The notes beneath the pieces are model-generated. The model saw only the letters and a program-made list of their open reading frames with translations. It did no database searches and was not told where the DNA came from. Shown here piece by piece: positions 30,480 to 38,956 of a stretch of DNA of 64,000 nucleotides; the stretch's first letter is position 1, and each line of letters begins with the position of its first letter. The translations under genes and the position numbers were made by a program. The stretch spans positions 1-64,000 of the forward strand of contig CAZHGD010000012.1 of the NCBI GenBank assembly GCA_964531735.1, in the 5' to 3' direction. This DNA is from an uncultured Fimbriimonadaceae bacterium. GTDB lineage: Bacteria; Armatimonadota; UBA10988.

Positions 30480-32180
30480 ATGAGGCTTACGCAGCTACTG
30501 GCCCTTGACTGGGAAGCCGTTCGGTCGTACAACACGGGTGCCATGCGATCATCTGTGCGCCAGACTGACCTTCCGGTCGTGCCGACGATCGGCGACCTGG
30601 TGGCGGCCTGCCGTCTGCTCGGCGCCGCCGAGACCGGCGGCCCGCTTTCCGCGGACGAGAAAGCGCTGCTGGCGCTGCCAGGCGCCTCGCCGTGGGCTCG
30701 CCAGGAGCTGGCGGAGCAGATCCAGGCAGGCGCCGACCCGCTGGGGGATGCGTTCTGTCTCGCGCGTGACGCGGTGTCGCGGCGCGAACGCGGCGCTTTC
30801 TACACCCCTGAGCCGATTGTCGCGGCCATGGTGGCCTGGCTCCTCGGAAGCCAGCCGGCCCGGGTCGTGGACGCGGGCTGTGGCAGCGGGCGTTTTGCTG
30901 TGGAGGTGGCGCGCCGACGGCCTGACGTGGCCGTGGTCGCCGCCGATCTGGACCCGGTGGCAACGCTGATGTGCCGGGCGGCGCTGGCGGCCGTGGGAGC
31001 GTCGCGGGCGGACGTGCGACACGCCGACTACACCACCGCCGAGTTGCCGCCGGTGTCTGGGCGCACCGCGTTCATCAGCAATCCCCCGTATGTGCGCCAC
31101 CATGGTCTGACCGCCGCCCAGAAGCGATGGGGCAAGGAGGCCGGCGAGCGGGTCGGCATCCGGGTGTCGGGGCTGGCTGGCCTGCACGTGTACTTCATGC
31201 TGGCGACGCTGCTCCAGGCCCGCCCGGGCGACACGGGCTGTTACATCACCAGTGCCGAGTGGCTTGACGTGGGCTATGGCAGCGCGCTGCGCGATGCCTT
31301 TGTGGACGGGCTGGGCGGGCTGTCTCTGCACTTGCTCGACCGGCGCTCCGAGACTTTTGGCGATGCCATGAGCACGGCCCTGGTCTCCTGCTTCCAGGTC
31401 GGCACCAAGACACCGAGCGTCACACTGGTGCCGACGGTCGGCGAACTGACACTGGCCGGCGAACCGCCGGAAACGGTTCGGCGTACTCGCGTCGAGTTGG
31501 CTCACGCCAAGCGCTGGAGCGGCTTGTTCTGGGCCGAACACCGCAGTTCGGATTGCCAACTCGTGCCCCTGGGTCAGGTGGTGAGAGTCAGCCGTGGTGC
31601 GGTGACTGGCGCCAATGAGTACTTCGTCATGGACCGGCCCACGGCTGCCGAGCGCGACCTCCTCGCCTGGACCAGGCCGGCTCTGACGCGCGCCACAGAG
31701 GTGCTAACGTCCGGTGGTGTCGTGCGGAACACGCCGGGTCGGATGCTGCTGCTCGATCCAGACCCTGAGACCGAGCTCGATGCGCCGCAATGCAGGGCAC
31801 TGCGGCGGTACCTGGAGGCAGGGGAGCAGCGTGCCATCAGCCAACGGTACGTCTGTAGCCACCGTTCGCCATGGTGGCGGGTGGCCGCCAAGGCGCCGCC
31901 GATCGTGGCCACGTACATGGCGCGCCAGGCGCCAGCCTTCGCGCTTAACGCAGACGGCCTGGCGACGGTCAACGTCATCCATGGGCTGTTCCCGCACCAG
32001 ATCCTCAGTCAGCAGCAACTGGCCGGACTGGTCGGCTACCTCAACCGCCACCGTGACAGCATGATGGGCGCCGGCCGCACCTACCAAGGCGGTCTGGTCA
32101 AGTTCGAACCAAGTGAGCTCGAAGCACTACGAGTGCCGCCACCCGACCAGTTGGCGGACCACGCAGGGGAGATCCCATGA
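30480..32180 (+). CDS. N6-adenine-specific DNA methyltransferase (gamma class) of a type II R-M system
   Basis: Motif X GAFYTPEPIV, motif I VVDAGCGSGRF, motif IV NPPY (FISNPPYVRHHG), and a C-terminal target-recognition region. The start could be the internal ATG at 30543. Confidence 0.85.
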   Translation: MRLTQLLALDWEAVRSYNTGAMRSSVRQTDLPVVPTIGDLVAACRLLGAAETGGPLSADEKALLALPGASPWARQELAEQIQAGADPLGDAFCLARDAVSRRERGAFYTPEPIVAAMVAWLLGSQPARVVDAGCGSGRFAVEVARRRPDVAVVAADLDPVATLMCRAALAAVGASRADVRHADYTTAELPPVSGRTAFISNPPYVRHHGLTAAQKRWGKEAGERVGIRVSGLAGLHVYFMLATLLQARPGDTGCYITSAEWLDVGYGSALRDAFVDGLGGLSLHLLDRRSETFGDAMSTALVSCFQVGTKTPSVTLVPTVGELTLAGEPPETVRRTRVELAHAKRWSGLFWAEHRSSDCQLVPLGQVVRVSRGAVTGANEYFVMDRPTAAERDLLAWTRPALTRATEVLTSGGVVRNTPGRMLLLDPDPETELDAPQCRALRRYLEAGEQRAISQRYVCSHRSPWWRVAAKAPPIVATYMARQAPAFALNADGLATVNVIHGLFPHQILSQQQLAGLVGYLNRHRDSMMGAGRTYQGGLVKFEPSELEALRVPPPDQLADHAGEIP

Positions 32181-33082
32181 GGGCGGAACGGCCGTTGCCC
32201 GCGGTCTGGTCGGCTGAGGAACTCGAGACCAGCAGTCGTCACGCGATCGAGCGGTTCATCGACGAGGCGGCCCAGTCGGCAGACTACGCGGCGGAGTTCG
32301 GTGCGCTGTTGCCGGTGGTGACTTCCTTGTTCACTGCCACGGGCGACCTGACTGTCTTCGATGCCCGCCTGTTTGCCGACCGGCCGGAGTTGGTCGAACC
32401 GGCCCGCTACCTGGCCGGTCCGCCACTGAGCGCCGATGACCTCGACACCTTTGTCGGTGGTCAGTCCAAGCGCAAGGGCATACCCATCCCGGTGTCCGAG
32501 CGGGTGGTGGGGGTGGTACGCCGGCTGCTCGATCCCTGTCGTTACCCGTGGCTCCAGCCTGAGCGGCCGCCCACCGACCTGGAGCGCGACGTGGCCATCC
32601 GCTGGACCACTGGCCTGCTGGCCGCCGAGCGTACGCGCACCGCCCGACGCAACCAGTCGAGTCGGCGCCAGGAGCAGGCTGTGGCCACGGCGCTGGCTGC
32701 CTGCGGCTTGCGCCGACTCGCGCCGAACCCGCGCGAGGTGGTGGCGCTCGACGAGCTGGAGCGCGGCTGCTTCTGCCGCGAAACCCAGATCGCCGGCACC
32801 AAGTGCGATGTGCCTGTCCGGTTGGGCGATGGTCGGCTGCTGGCCCTCGAGTGCAAGGTGTCGAACAGCGCCACGAACAGCGTCAAGCGCCTGCTCCGCG
32901 AGACCGGCGGCAAGGCCGAGAAGTGGCGGACCGAGTTCGGCAACCAGGTGATCACCGCCGCGGTGCTCGCCGGTGTGTTCCGTGTCGGCAGCTTGGTCGA
33001 CGCCCAGCGCGAGTTCGGTCTGGCCATCTTCTGGGAGCACGACCTGGCGCCGCTGACCACGTTCATCGGTGCCACCATGTGA
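32177..33082 (+). CDS. Type II restriction endonuclease, PD-(D/E)xK fold, XamI-like family (tentative)
   Basis: ATGA overlap with the methyltransferase stop. GGGGAG RBS. Catalytic-like D...ECK block (GTKCDVPVRLGDGRLLALECKVS). No other family signature. Confidence 0.65.
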   Translation: MRAERPLPAVWSAEELETSSRHAIERFIDEAAQSADYAAEFGALLPVVTSLFTATGDLTVFDARLFADRPELVEPARYLAGPPLSADDLDTFVGGQSKRKGIPIPVSERVVGVVRRLLDPCRYPWLQPERPPTDLERDVAIRWTTGLLAAERTRTARRNQSSRRQEQAVATALAACGLRRLAPNPREVVALDELERGCFCRETQIAGTKCDVPVRLGDGRLLALECKVSNSATNSVKRLLRETGGKAEKWRTEFGNQVITAAVLAGVFRVGSLVDAQREFGLAIFWEHDLAPLTTFIGATM

Positions 33083-33155
33083 CCGTCCTGGGCAGGACCC
33101 GCGCTCTCCCCGCCGAAGTCCACCCGGGTGTATCCTTCCAGGTGAGGAGAGACGT

Positions 33156-34202
33156 GTGAGCGGCAAACTGCGAATGGGCGTGATCGGGTTGGGCATGGGC
33201 AAGAACCATGCGCTGGGTTACCAGTCGCACCCGAAGGCCGAACTGGTGGCGCTGTGTGACGGCAACCCCGACCTGCTGGCGTCGGTGGCGTCCGAGTTGG
33301 GCGTCAAGAAGACCTACACCGACGCGGCGACCATGTTCAAAGAGGCCAAGCTCGACGCGGTGAGCGTGGCCACGCCGAACAAGTGGCACGCACCGCTGAC
33401 CATCGACGCGCTCAAGGCCGGGCTCCACGTGCTCTGTGAGAAGCCCATGGCGATGCGCGCCGACGAAGCCGTGGCCATGAACAAAGCCGCGGCCAAGGCC
33501 AAGCGCACGCTGATGATCAACTTCTCGTACCGGTTCAACGACATGAGCCGGGCGCTGAAGCATCAGGTGGAGAGCGGCCTCATCGGTGACATCTACTTCG
33601 GCCGCACGGTCTGGCACCGCCGTCGCGGCATTCCGCGGCTCGGCGGCTCGTTCACCAACATCGAGACCTCCGGCGGCGGGCCGCTGATCGACCTGGGCGT
33701 GCACCGGCTCGATCTGGCGCTGTGGCTGATGGGTTACCCCGAGCCGGTGGCGGTCAGTGGCTCGTGCTACGATCCCATCGCCCGCCAGATGGCCGATCCC
33801 ATCGGCGCCGTCTACACCGTCGAGGACCTCGCCTGCGGCATGGTCAAGTTCGCCAACGGTGCCACGCTGATGGTCGAGACGAGCTGGGCGGTCAACCTGC
33901 CCGAGCGCGAGCACATGCAGACCATGCTCTGCGGCACCAAGGGCGGCCTGGTGCAGAAGAACGTCAACGGCACCTACCAGTGGACCGCCGAGATCTACAC
34001 CGACGAAGGCGGCCACCAGTACACCAAGACGCTCGACTTCAGCACCGTTACCTGCGGCACGGCCTACCACGAGTTCATCAACAGCATCGTGGAGAAGCGT
34101 CCGCCGCTGGGTAACGGCGAGGACGGTCTCAAGGTGCAGAAGATCCTCGACGGCATCTACGACAGCGCCCGCACCGGCCGCGAAGTGCGCTACGACGGCT
34201 GA
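33156..34202 (+). CDS. Gfo/Idh/MocA-family NAD(P)-dependent oxidoreductase
   Basis: Rossmann motif MGVIGLGMGKNH, EKP motif LCEKPMA, and a C-terminal GFO_IDH_MocA_C region. GTG start after a GAGGAGAG RBS. Confidence 0.85.
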   Translation: MSGKLRMGVIGLGMGKNHALGYQSHPKAELVALCDGNPDLLASVASELGVKKTYTDAATMFKEAKLDAVSVATPNKWHAPLTIDALKAGLHVLCEKPMAMRADEAVAMNKAAAKAKRTLMINFSYRFNDMSRALKHQVESGLIGDIYFGRTVWHRRRGIPRLGGSFTNIETSGGGPLIDLGVHRLDLALWLMGYPEPVAVSGSCYDPIARQMADPIGAVYTVEDLACGMVKFANGATLMVETSWAVNLPEREHMQTMLCGTKGGLVQKNVNGTYQWTAEIYTDEGGHQYTKTLDFSTVTCGTAYHEFINSIVEKRPPLGNGEDGLKVQKILDGIYDSARTGREVRYDG

Positions 34203-34214
34203 ACCGAGGTGAGT

Positions 34215-35225
34215 ATGCAAGCGAAGGCCCTGGTCTGCACGGCGCAGCAGGAGTTCTCCCTGGCCACGGTGACGCTGGCCGAGCCGGAGCCGACCGACAT
34301 CGTCGTGCGCTGCCTGTGCTCGGGGGTCAGCATCGGCACCGAGTTCGCGCTCATTCGCAACAAGATCTCCTGGGGCCCGTACCCGCTGTGTACGGGCTAC
34401 CAGGCGGTCGGTGTCGTCGAGCAGGTGGGTGCCGAGGTGAGCGGCTTCGCCGTCGGCGATACCGTCTACTACCGCAACCAGCGCGGACCGCTGCTCTGGG
34501 ACGGCCAGGAAGTGACGCCGGTCACTGGCACGCACTGCTCGCACGCGGTGATCGACGCCACCAACAAGTCCCACGGCCCGGCGTTGCTGCCGGCCGGCGT
34601 CGATCCCGAGGTCGGCTCCAGCTTCGTCATGCCCGCGGTGGGCTTCTACGGCGTCGACCTGGCCGGCGTCAAGCTGGGCGAGCTGGTGGCGGTGCAAGGC
34701 GCGGGCCTGATCGGCCTGGGCGTGGTGGCTGCGGCGAAGCTGCGCGGCGCGGTGGTGGTCGCCATCGATCTGGACGACCGCAAGCTGCAAGTGGCCAAGC
34801 AACTCGGCGCCGACCACCTGATCAACGCCAGGGAGACCGACCCGCTCGAGGCGCTGACGGCCATCTCGCCGAACCTGGCCGACGTGGTCTTCGAGGCCAC
34901 GGGCGTACCGGCGCTGCTGGACCACGCCTTCCCGCTCTGCCGCACGCTGGGCAAGTTCGTGTTCCAAGGCAACTACGGCGCGGAGCCGATCTCGTTCAAG
35001 TTCCTGGTGCCGCACGGTAAGCGGGTCACGGCCTACTTCCCGTGTGATGACGGCCAGGTGCCCTGCCGCCGCGCGGTGCTGCACCTGATCGGCAGTGGCG
35101 CGCTGAACTGGGGCGCCACCTTCACGCACAAGGTGGCCTGCGACGAGGCGCCGGCGCTGTACCAGCACATCAACGAGGGCGGCAACGCCAGCGACGTGCT
35201 GGGTGCGGTGATCCGCTGGTCCTGA
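34215..35225 (+). CDS. Zinc-binding alcohol dehydrogenase/MDR-family oxidoreductase
   Basis: GroES-like N-terminal domain (CLCSGVSIGTE). Rossmann motif VQGAGLIGLGVVAAAKLRGA. GAGGTGA RBS. Confidence 0.8.
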   Translation: MQAKALVCTAQQEFSLATVTLAEPEPTDIVVRCLCSGVSIGTEFALIRNKISWGPYPLCTGYQAVGVVEQVGAEVSGFAVGDTVYYRNQRGPLLWDGQEVTPVTGTHCSHAVIDATNKSHGPALLPAGVDPEVGSSFVMPAVGFYGVDLAGVKLGELVAVQGAGLIGLGVVAAAKLRGAVVVAIDLDDRKLQVAKQLGADHLINARETDPLEALTAISPNLADVVFEATGVPALLDHAFPLCRTLGKFVFQGNYGAEPISFKFLVPHGKRVTAYFPCDDGQVPCRRAVLHLIGSGALNWGATFTHKVACDEAPALYQHINEGGNASDVLGAVIRWS

Positions 35226-35310
35226 GGTCAGCGACGCACCTCGCGGGTGGGCCGGCGCCCGCGCGCGGGGTGCGTCGCTTTGCTTGGCGTGGATGGTGGC
35301 CGAGGCCGGC

Positions 35311-37092
35311 ATGGGACGAAGGCTGGCGATAGGGATTGTACTCATGGCAGCAGTGAGCGGCGCCGCAGCGCCGGTGGAGCTGATCTACACGTACAGTGAC
35401 CAGCGCGAGGAGCGCCAGTTGGTCCTGGTGGAGCCCGACGCGGCGGGCGTGTTACGGCTGACGCTCAAGCGGAGCGAACTGCCCGCGGGCGTGGTGGCGG
35501 TGGAAGTGCTGCCCGAGTTCGCGCGGGCCACTCGCGGCGAGCCGGGCTACTACGTCACGCCCGACGGCTTCCTCGGCACGTTCCGCCTGGCAGAGGGCTC
35601 ATGTACGGTCAACGTGGGCCGCAACTACCTGCCGATCTACGGGATGCAGAACCCGCGGGCCACGTTTGTGGGCATCGTGGTGACGCAACGCTTCGAGTAT
35701 GACCTGCGCATCCGCGCGCACCAGGGCGTCTACACCATCGCCCCACGGTTCAACCTGGCCGGATACGTTTCGTCCGACGACCTCACCGTGGAGTGGCACC
35801 TGCTGGCGGGCCGCGACGCCAACTACGCCGGCATGGCACGAACCTACCGGCGCTATCAGTTGGCGCGCGGCGAGGTGCAGCCCATCAAGGAGCGGATGCA
35901 GCACCAACCCGAGCTGGCCGCGGCGGCGAACAGCCTGGAGATCCGCATTCGGCAAGGCTGGAAGCCCGCGCCGAGCCCCGTGCTGGAGCAGACGCTCGAG
36001 ACCGAGCCGCCGATGAAGGCCGTGGTCAGCTTCGACCGCGTCGGCGACATCATCGACGCCCTGAAGGCCGCCGGTGTGGACCGCGCCGAGCTGTGCCTGG
36101 TGGGCTGGAACCAGAAGGGCCACGACGGCCGCTGGCCGCAGATCTTCCCCGTCGAGGAGGGCCTGGGCGGCGAGGAGCGGTTGCGACCGCTGATCCAGAA
36201 GGCGCGGCGGCTGGGCTTCCAGATCGTCGGGCACACCAACAGCTCCGACGGCTACCACATCGCCGACTGCTGGGACCCGGACTTGGCCGCCAAGCGCGCC
36301 GACGGCACGCCGTTCACCAACGCGGTGTGGAGCGGCGGGCAGATGTACGCGCTGTGCCCGCAGCGGGTGTGGGAGCGGTTCTACCCGCGCGACATCGAGC
36401 AGGTGGCCGAGCTCGGCTTCCGCGGGCTGCACTACATCGATGTGATCTCCATCCTGCCGCCGCCGGTCTGCCACGATCCGCGGCATCCGCTGACCCGCAA
36501 GGAGAGCGCGGCCTGGTTCGACCGCATTCTGGCCGCGTGCAAGGACCACCTCGGCGGTGTGGCGTCCGAAGGGCCGTTCGACTTTGCCGCGGGCAATCTG
36601 GACTATGTGCTCTATGTCTACTTCGGCAGCCTGTCCGGCCAGCACAACCCGCTGCACGACCGGCTGATCCCCATCTGGCAGTTGGTCTACAACGGGATCA
36701 TCCTGAACAACCCCTTCACCGAATCGGTGAACCCGTCGACCAAGGACCGCACCACGCAACTCAAGCTGGTGGAGTTCGGCGGCCGGCCCATCTACTACTT
36801 CTACTCGCAGTTCCGCGAGGACAACAGCCACTGGATGGGCAAGACCGACCTGCGCTGCGGCACCGCCGACGAACTGGCCCAGGCCGTGGCCGCCATCAAG
36901 GCGGGCTATGACGAGTTCGAGCCGCTGCGGCGCCTCCAGTTCGAGTTCATGGACGAACACGACCAGCTCGCACCGGAGGTGTTCCGCACCGGCTACGCCG
37001 ACGGCACGGCGGTGATCACCAACTACGGTGAGACCGACTACGACTACCAAGGGCACACGGTGCCGGCCCGGTCGTACCGGGTAGTGCGTTAG
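35311..37092 (+). CDS. Secreted hypothetical protein (about 590 aa), TIM-barrel glycoside-hydrolase-like
   Basis: Signal peptide MGRRLAIGIVLMAAVSGAAAP. Consistent coding frame. The antisense 485-aa ORF is rejected. Confidence 0.7.
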   Translation: MGRRLAIGIVLMAAVSGAAAPVELIYTYSDQREERQLVLVEPDAAGVLRLTLKRSELPAGVVAVEVLPEFARATRGEPGYYVTPDGFLGTFRLAEGSCTVNVGRNYLPIYGMQNPRATFVGIVVTQRFEYDLRIRAHQGVYTIAPRFNLAGYVSSDDLTVEWHLLAGRDANYAGMARTYRRYQLARGEVQPIKERMQHQPELAAAANSLEIRIRQGWKPAPSPVLEQTLETEPPMKAVVSFDRVGDIIDALKAAGVDRAELCLVGWNQKGHDGRWPQIFPVEEGLGGEERLRPLIQKARRLGFQIVGHTNSSDGYHIADCWDPDLAAKRADGTPFTNAVWSGGQMYALCPQRVWERFYPRDIEQVAELGFRGLHYIDVISILPPPVCHDPRHPLTRKESAAWFDRILAACKDHLGGVASEGPFDFAAGNLDYVLYVYFGSLSGQHNPLHDRLIPIWQLVYNGIILNNPFTESVNPSTKDRTTQLKLVEFGGRPIYYFYSQFREDNSHWMGKTDLRCGTADELAQAVAAIKAGYDEFEPLRRLQFEFMDEHDQLAPEVFRTGYADGTAVITNYGETDYDYQGHTVPARSYRVVR

Positions 37093-37101
37093 GAGCCAAC
37101 C

Positions 37102-38259
37102 ATGCCTTGGTGCTACTCGTCCGCTCTGGCGCTGGCCACCTGCCTGGTTGGCGCCGCCGATGCGCCGGCTGCGCCGCAGCCGTCGAACCAGGAACTGCTC
37201 GAGCAGCTCGAGCGCTCGTGGGACACGGTGGTCGCCACGTTCTGGTCACCGCGCACCAGTCTGTTCTACGTCACCCCGCCGGCGCAGGTGCCCAGCGCGG
37301 CGCAGTATGCCCGCCGCGAGCCGAACATCCACGCCGGCGGCACCGGCGGTGAAGACTGCGCCATGTTCGGCGGCATCCTGCTCTCGGCCATGTGCGACCG
37401 CTTCGAGGTGACCGGCGACCCGGCCACCGGTGACCGGGCGCGCCAGGTCTACCAGGGCTTGCGGCTGCTGGCCACGGTCCACGGCGAACCGGGCTTCATC
37501 GCCCGCGGCGTTTGCGTGGAGGATGGCAAGTCGGTCTATCCGGGCTCCTCGCGCGACCAGTTCACCAACGTGGTCCACGGGTTATGGCGCTACCACCGCA
37601 GTGCCATGAGCACCGCGGCCGAGCGGCAGGAGATCCGCGACATCCTGGGCGCGGTGGCCGACAAGATGGCGCGCGAAGTGACGGCCGAGAACGACTTCAG
37701 CTTCAGGTTCCTCGGCGGCGTGCCCGACAACCGGCGCGTGTCCAAGATGTGGCACGTCTATGTGCATGAAGCGGCCCGCCTGCCCATGTTCTACGCCGCG
37801 GCCTGGGACGCCGGACGGCGCGAGGAGCACCGGCAGCACTGGCGCGAGTACGCCGCGCCGGCGGTGAAGCAATCGCTCACCTTCGCCACCACGCCACCCG
37901 ACCTGCTCCGGCGCTGGGTGCCGGCCTACTCGGTGATCCAGATGCAGGTCTCGCTCGAGGTGCTCCTGGCGCTGGAGCCCGAAGCGGCCCTGGCCGGCGA
38001 GGTCCGCCGAGCGATGCGCGAGGTGGCCGAGATCGCCGAGCACAGCCCCGTCTACGATCTGGCCAAGCGCAGTGGGCGCGAGCGCGCCGAGGTGATCGAG
38101 GGGCAGTTGCTGAGCCCTGACTACACGCTCAGCGCAAAGCACGAGGGCTACTTGCGCCAGTCCATCGCGCGGCTGGACGCGAGCCGCGATCCCGGGGCGG
38201 TCTACACGCTGCTCGGCGCCTACTGGCGCGCGCGGCGCGCGGGGCAGCTCAAGCCATAG
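37102..38259 (+). CDS. Secreted hypothetical protein (385 aa)
   Basis: AGGAG RBS. Signal peptide MPWCYSSALALATCLVGAADAPA. Confidence 0.65.
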   Translation: MPWCYSSALALATCLVGAADAPAAPQPSNQELLEQLERSWDTVVATFWSPRTSLFYVTPPAQVPSAAQYARREPNIHAGGTGGEDCAMFGGILLSAMCDRFEVTGDPATGDRARQVYQGLRLLATVHGEPGFIARGVCVEDGKSVYPGSSRDQFTNVVHGLWRYHRSAMSTAAERQEIRDILGAVADKMAREVTAENDFSFRFLGGVPDNRRVSKMWHVYVHEAARLPMFYAAAWDAGRREEHRQHWREYAAPAVKQSLTFATTPPDLLRRWVPAYSVIQMQVSLEVLLALEPEAALAGEVRRAMREVAEIAEHSPVYDLAKRSGRERAEVIEGQLLSPDYTLSAKHEGYLRQSIARLDASRDPGAVYTLLGAYWRARRAGQLKP

Positions 38260-38507
38260 GGCGGCGCGGCGACGCCTGCGCCCCTTCCGACACGAGGACT
38301 CTTGCGGGGGGCGACGGCCTACGACCAGCCCATCCACGAAGGCGCGAACGCCGAGGACCGGATCCGAGCGGCGATGTGGGCCTGAGTGGACAGCCTGCCA
38401 GCCAAGGGCGCGGACCGAGGACGGTCCGCGCCCTTGTGTGTGGTTGCAGTGCGTGCGGCATCGGCGCGCTCTCAAAGGATGGTCATACGACACTGTGCCG
38501 TCTTCCA

Positions 38508-38536
38508 TTGACATAAGCATCCATCATGCCATAATG
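38508..38536 (+). promoter_or_regulatory. Near-consensus sigma70-like promoter TTGACA-N16/17-CATAAT(G)
   Basis: A perfect -35 hexamer and a 5-of-6 -10 hexamer in a locally AT-richer stretch of the 700-nt intergenic region. About 100 nt upstream of the small ORF at 38637. Confidence 0.4.
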
Positions 38537-38636
38537 CCCGCGCATGCCGAACGGCCAGGATCGGCGTCGGGCGAACTGGCTGGGGGCATGACCTTGAGCA
38601 ACACAGACAGTCTGGCGTCGGCATCCTGGGTGGATC

Positions 38637-38876
38637 ATGTGCACAGTGGCAGATCTGGTTGACGAACTGCTGGGGCTCAGCGATGAGCAACTCGGTGCGC
38701 GCTACACCATTGTGGGCGAGGGGGCACGGGCGCGCCTGAGAGCGCTGCATTGGGTCCTTCACGCCGACGAGGTGGCGCTGGTGCCCGACGGAGAGGAAGC
38801 CCCGCTCGCGCCAGCCGCACCGGTGGCCGCAGGGACGCTGGTCGTCTACATCGAAGGCACACCGCTCTCGTTCTGA
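38637..38876 (+). CDS. Small hypothetical acidic protein (79 aa)
   Basis: GGTGGA RBS-like element before the ATG. Protein-like composition. Sits between a strong promoter and the downstream fusion gene. Unsupported by homology. Confidence 0.35.
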   Translation: MCTVADLVDELLGLSDEQLGARYTIVGEGARARLRALHWVLHADEVALVPDGEEAPLAPAAPVAAGTLVVYIEGTPLSF

Positions 38877-38956
38877 CTAGTGCCCCGACGATCCGCTCAT
38901 GGGCATTGCCGCGGCGGATTCCTGACAGTGCGAACCAGCGCGGTAGGAGGCGGGCC

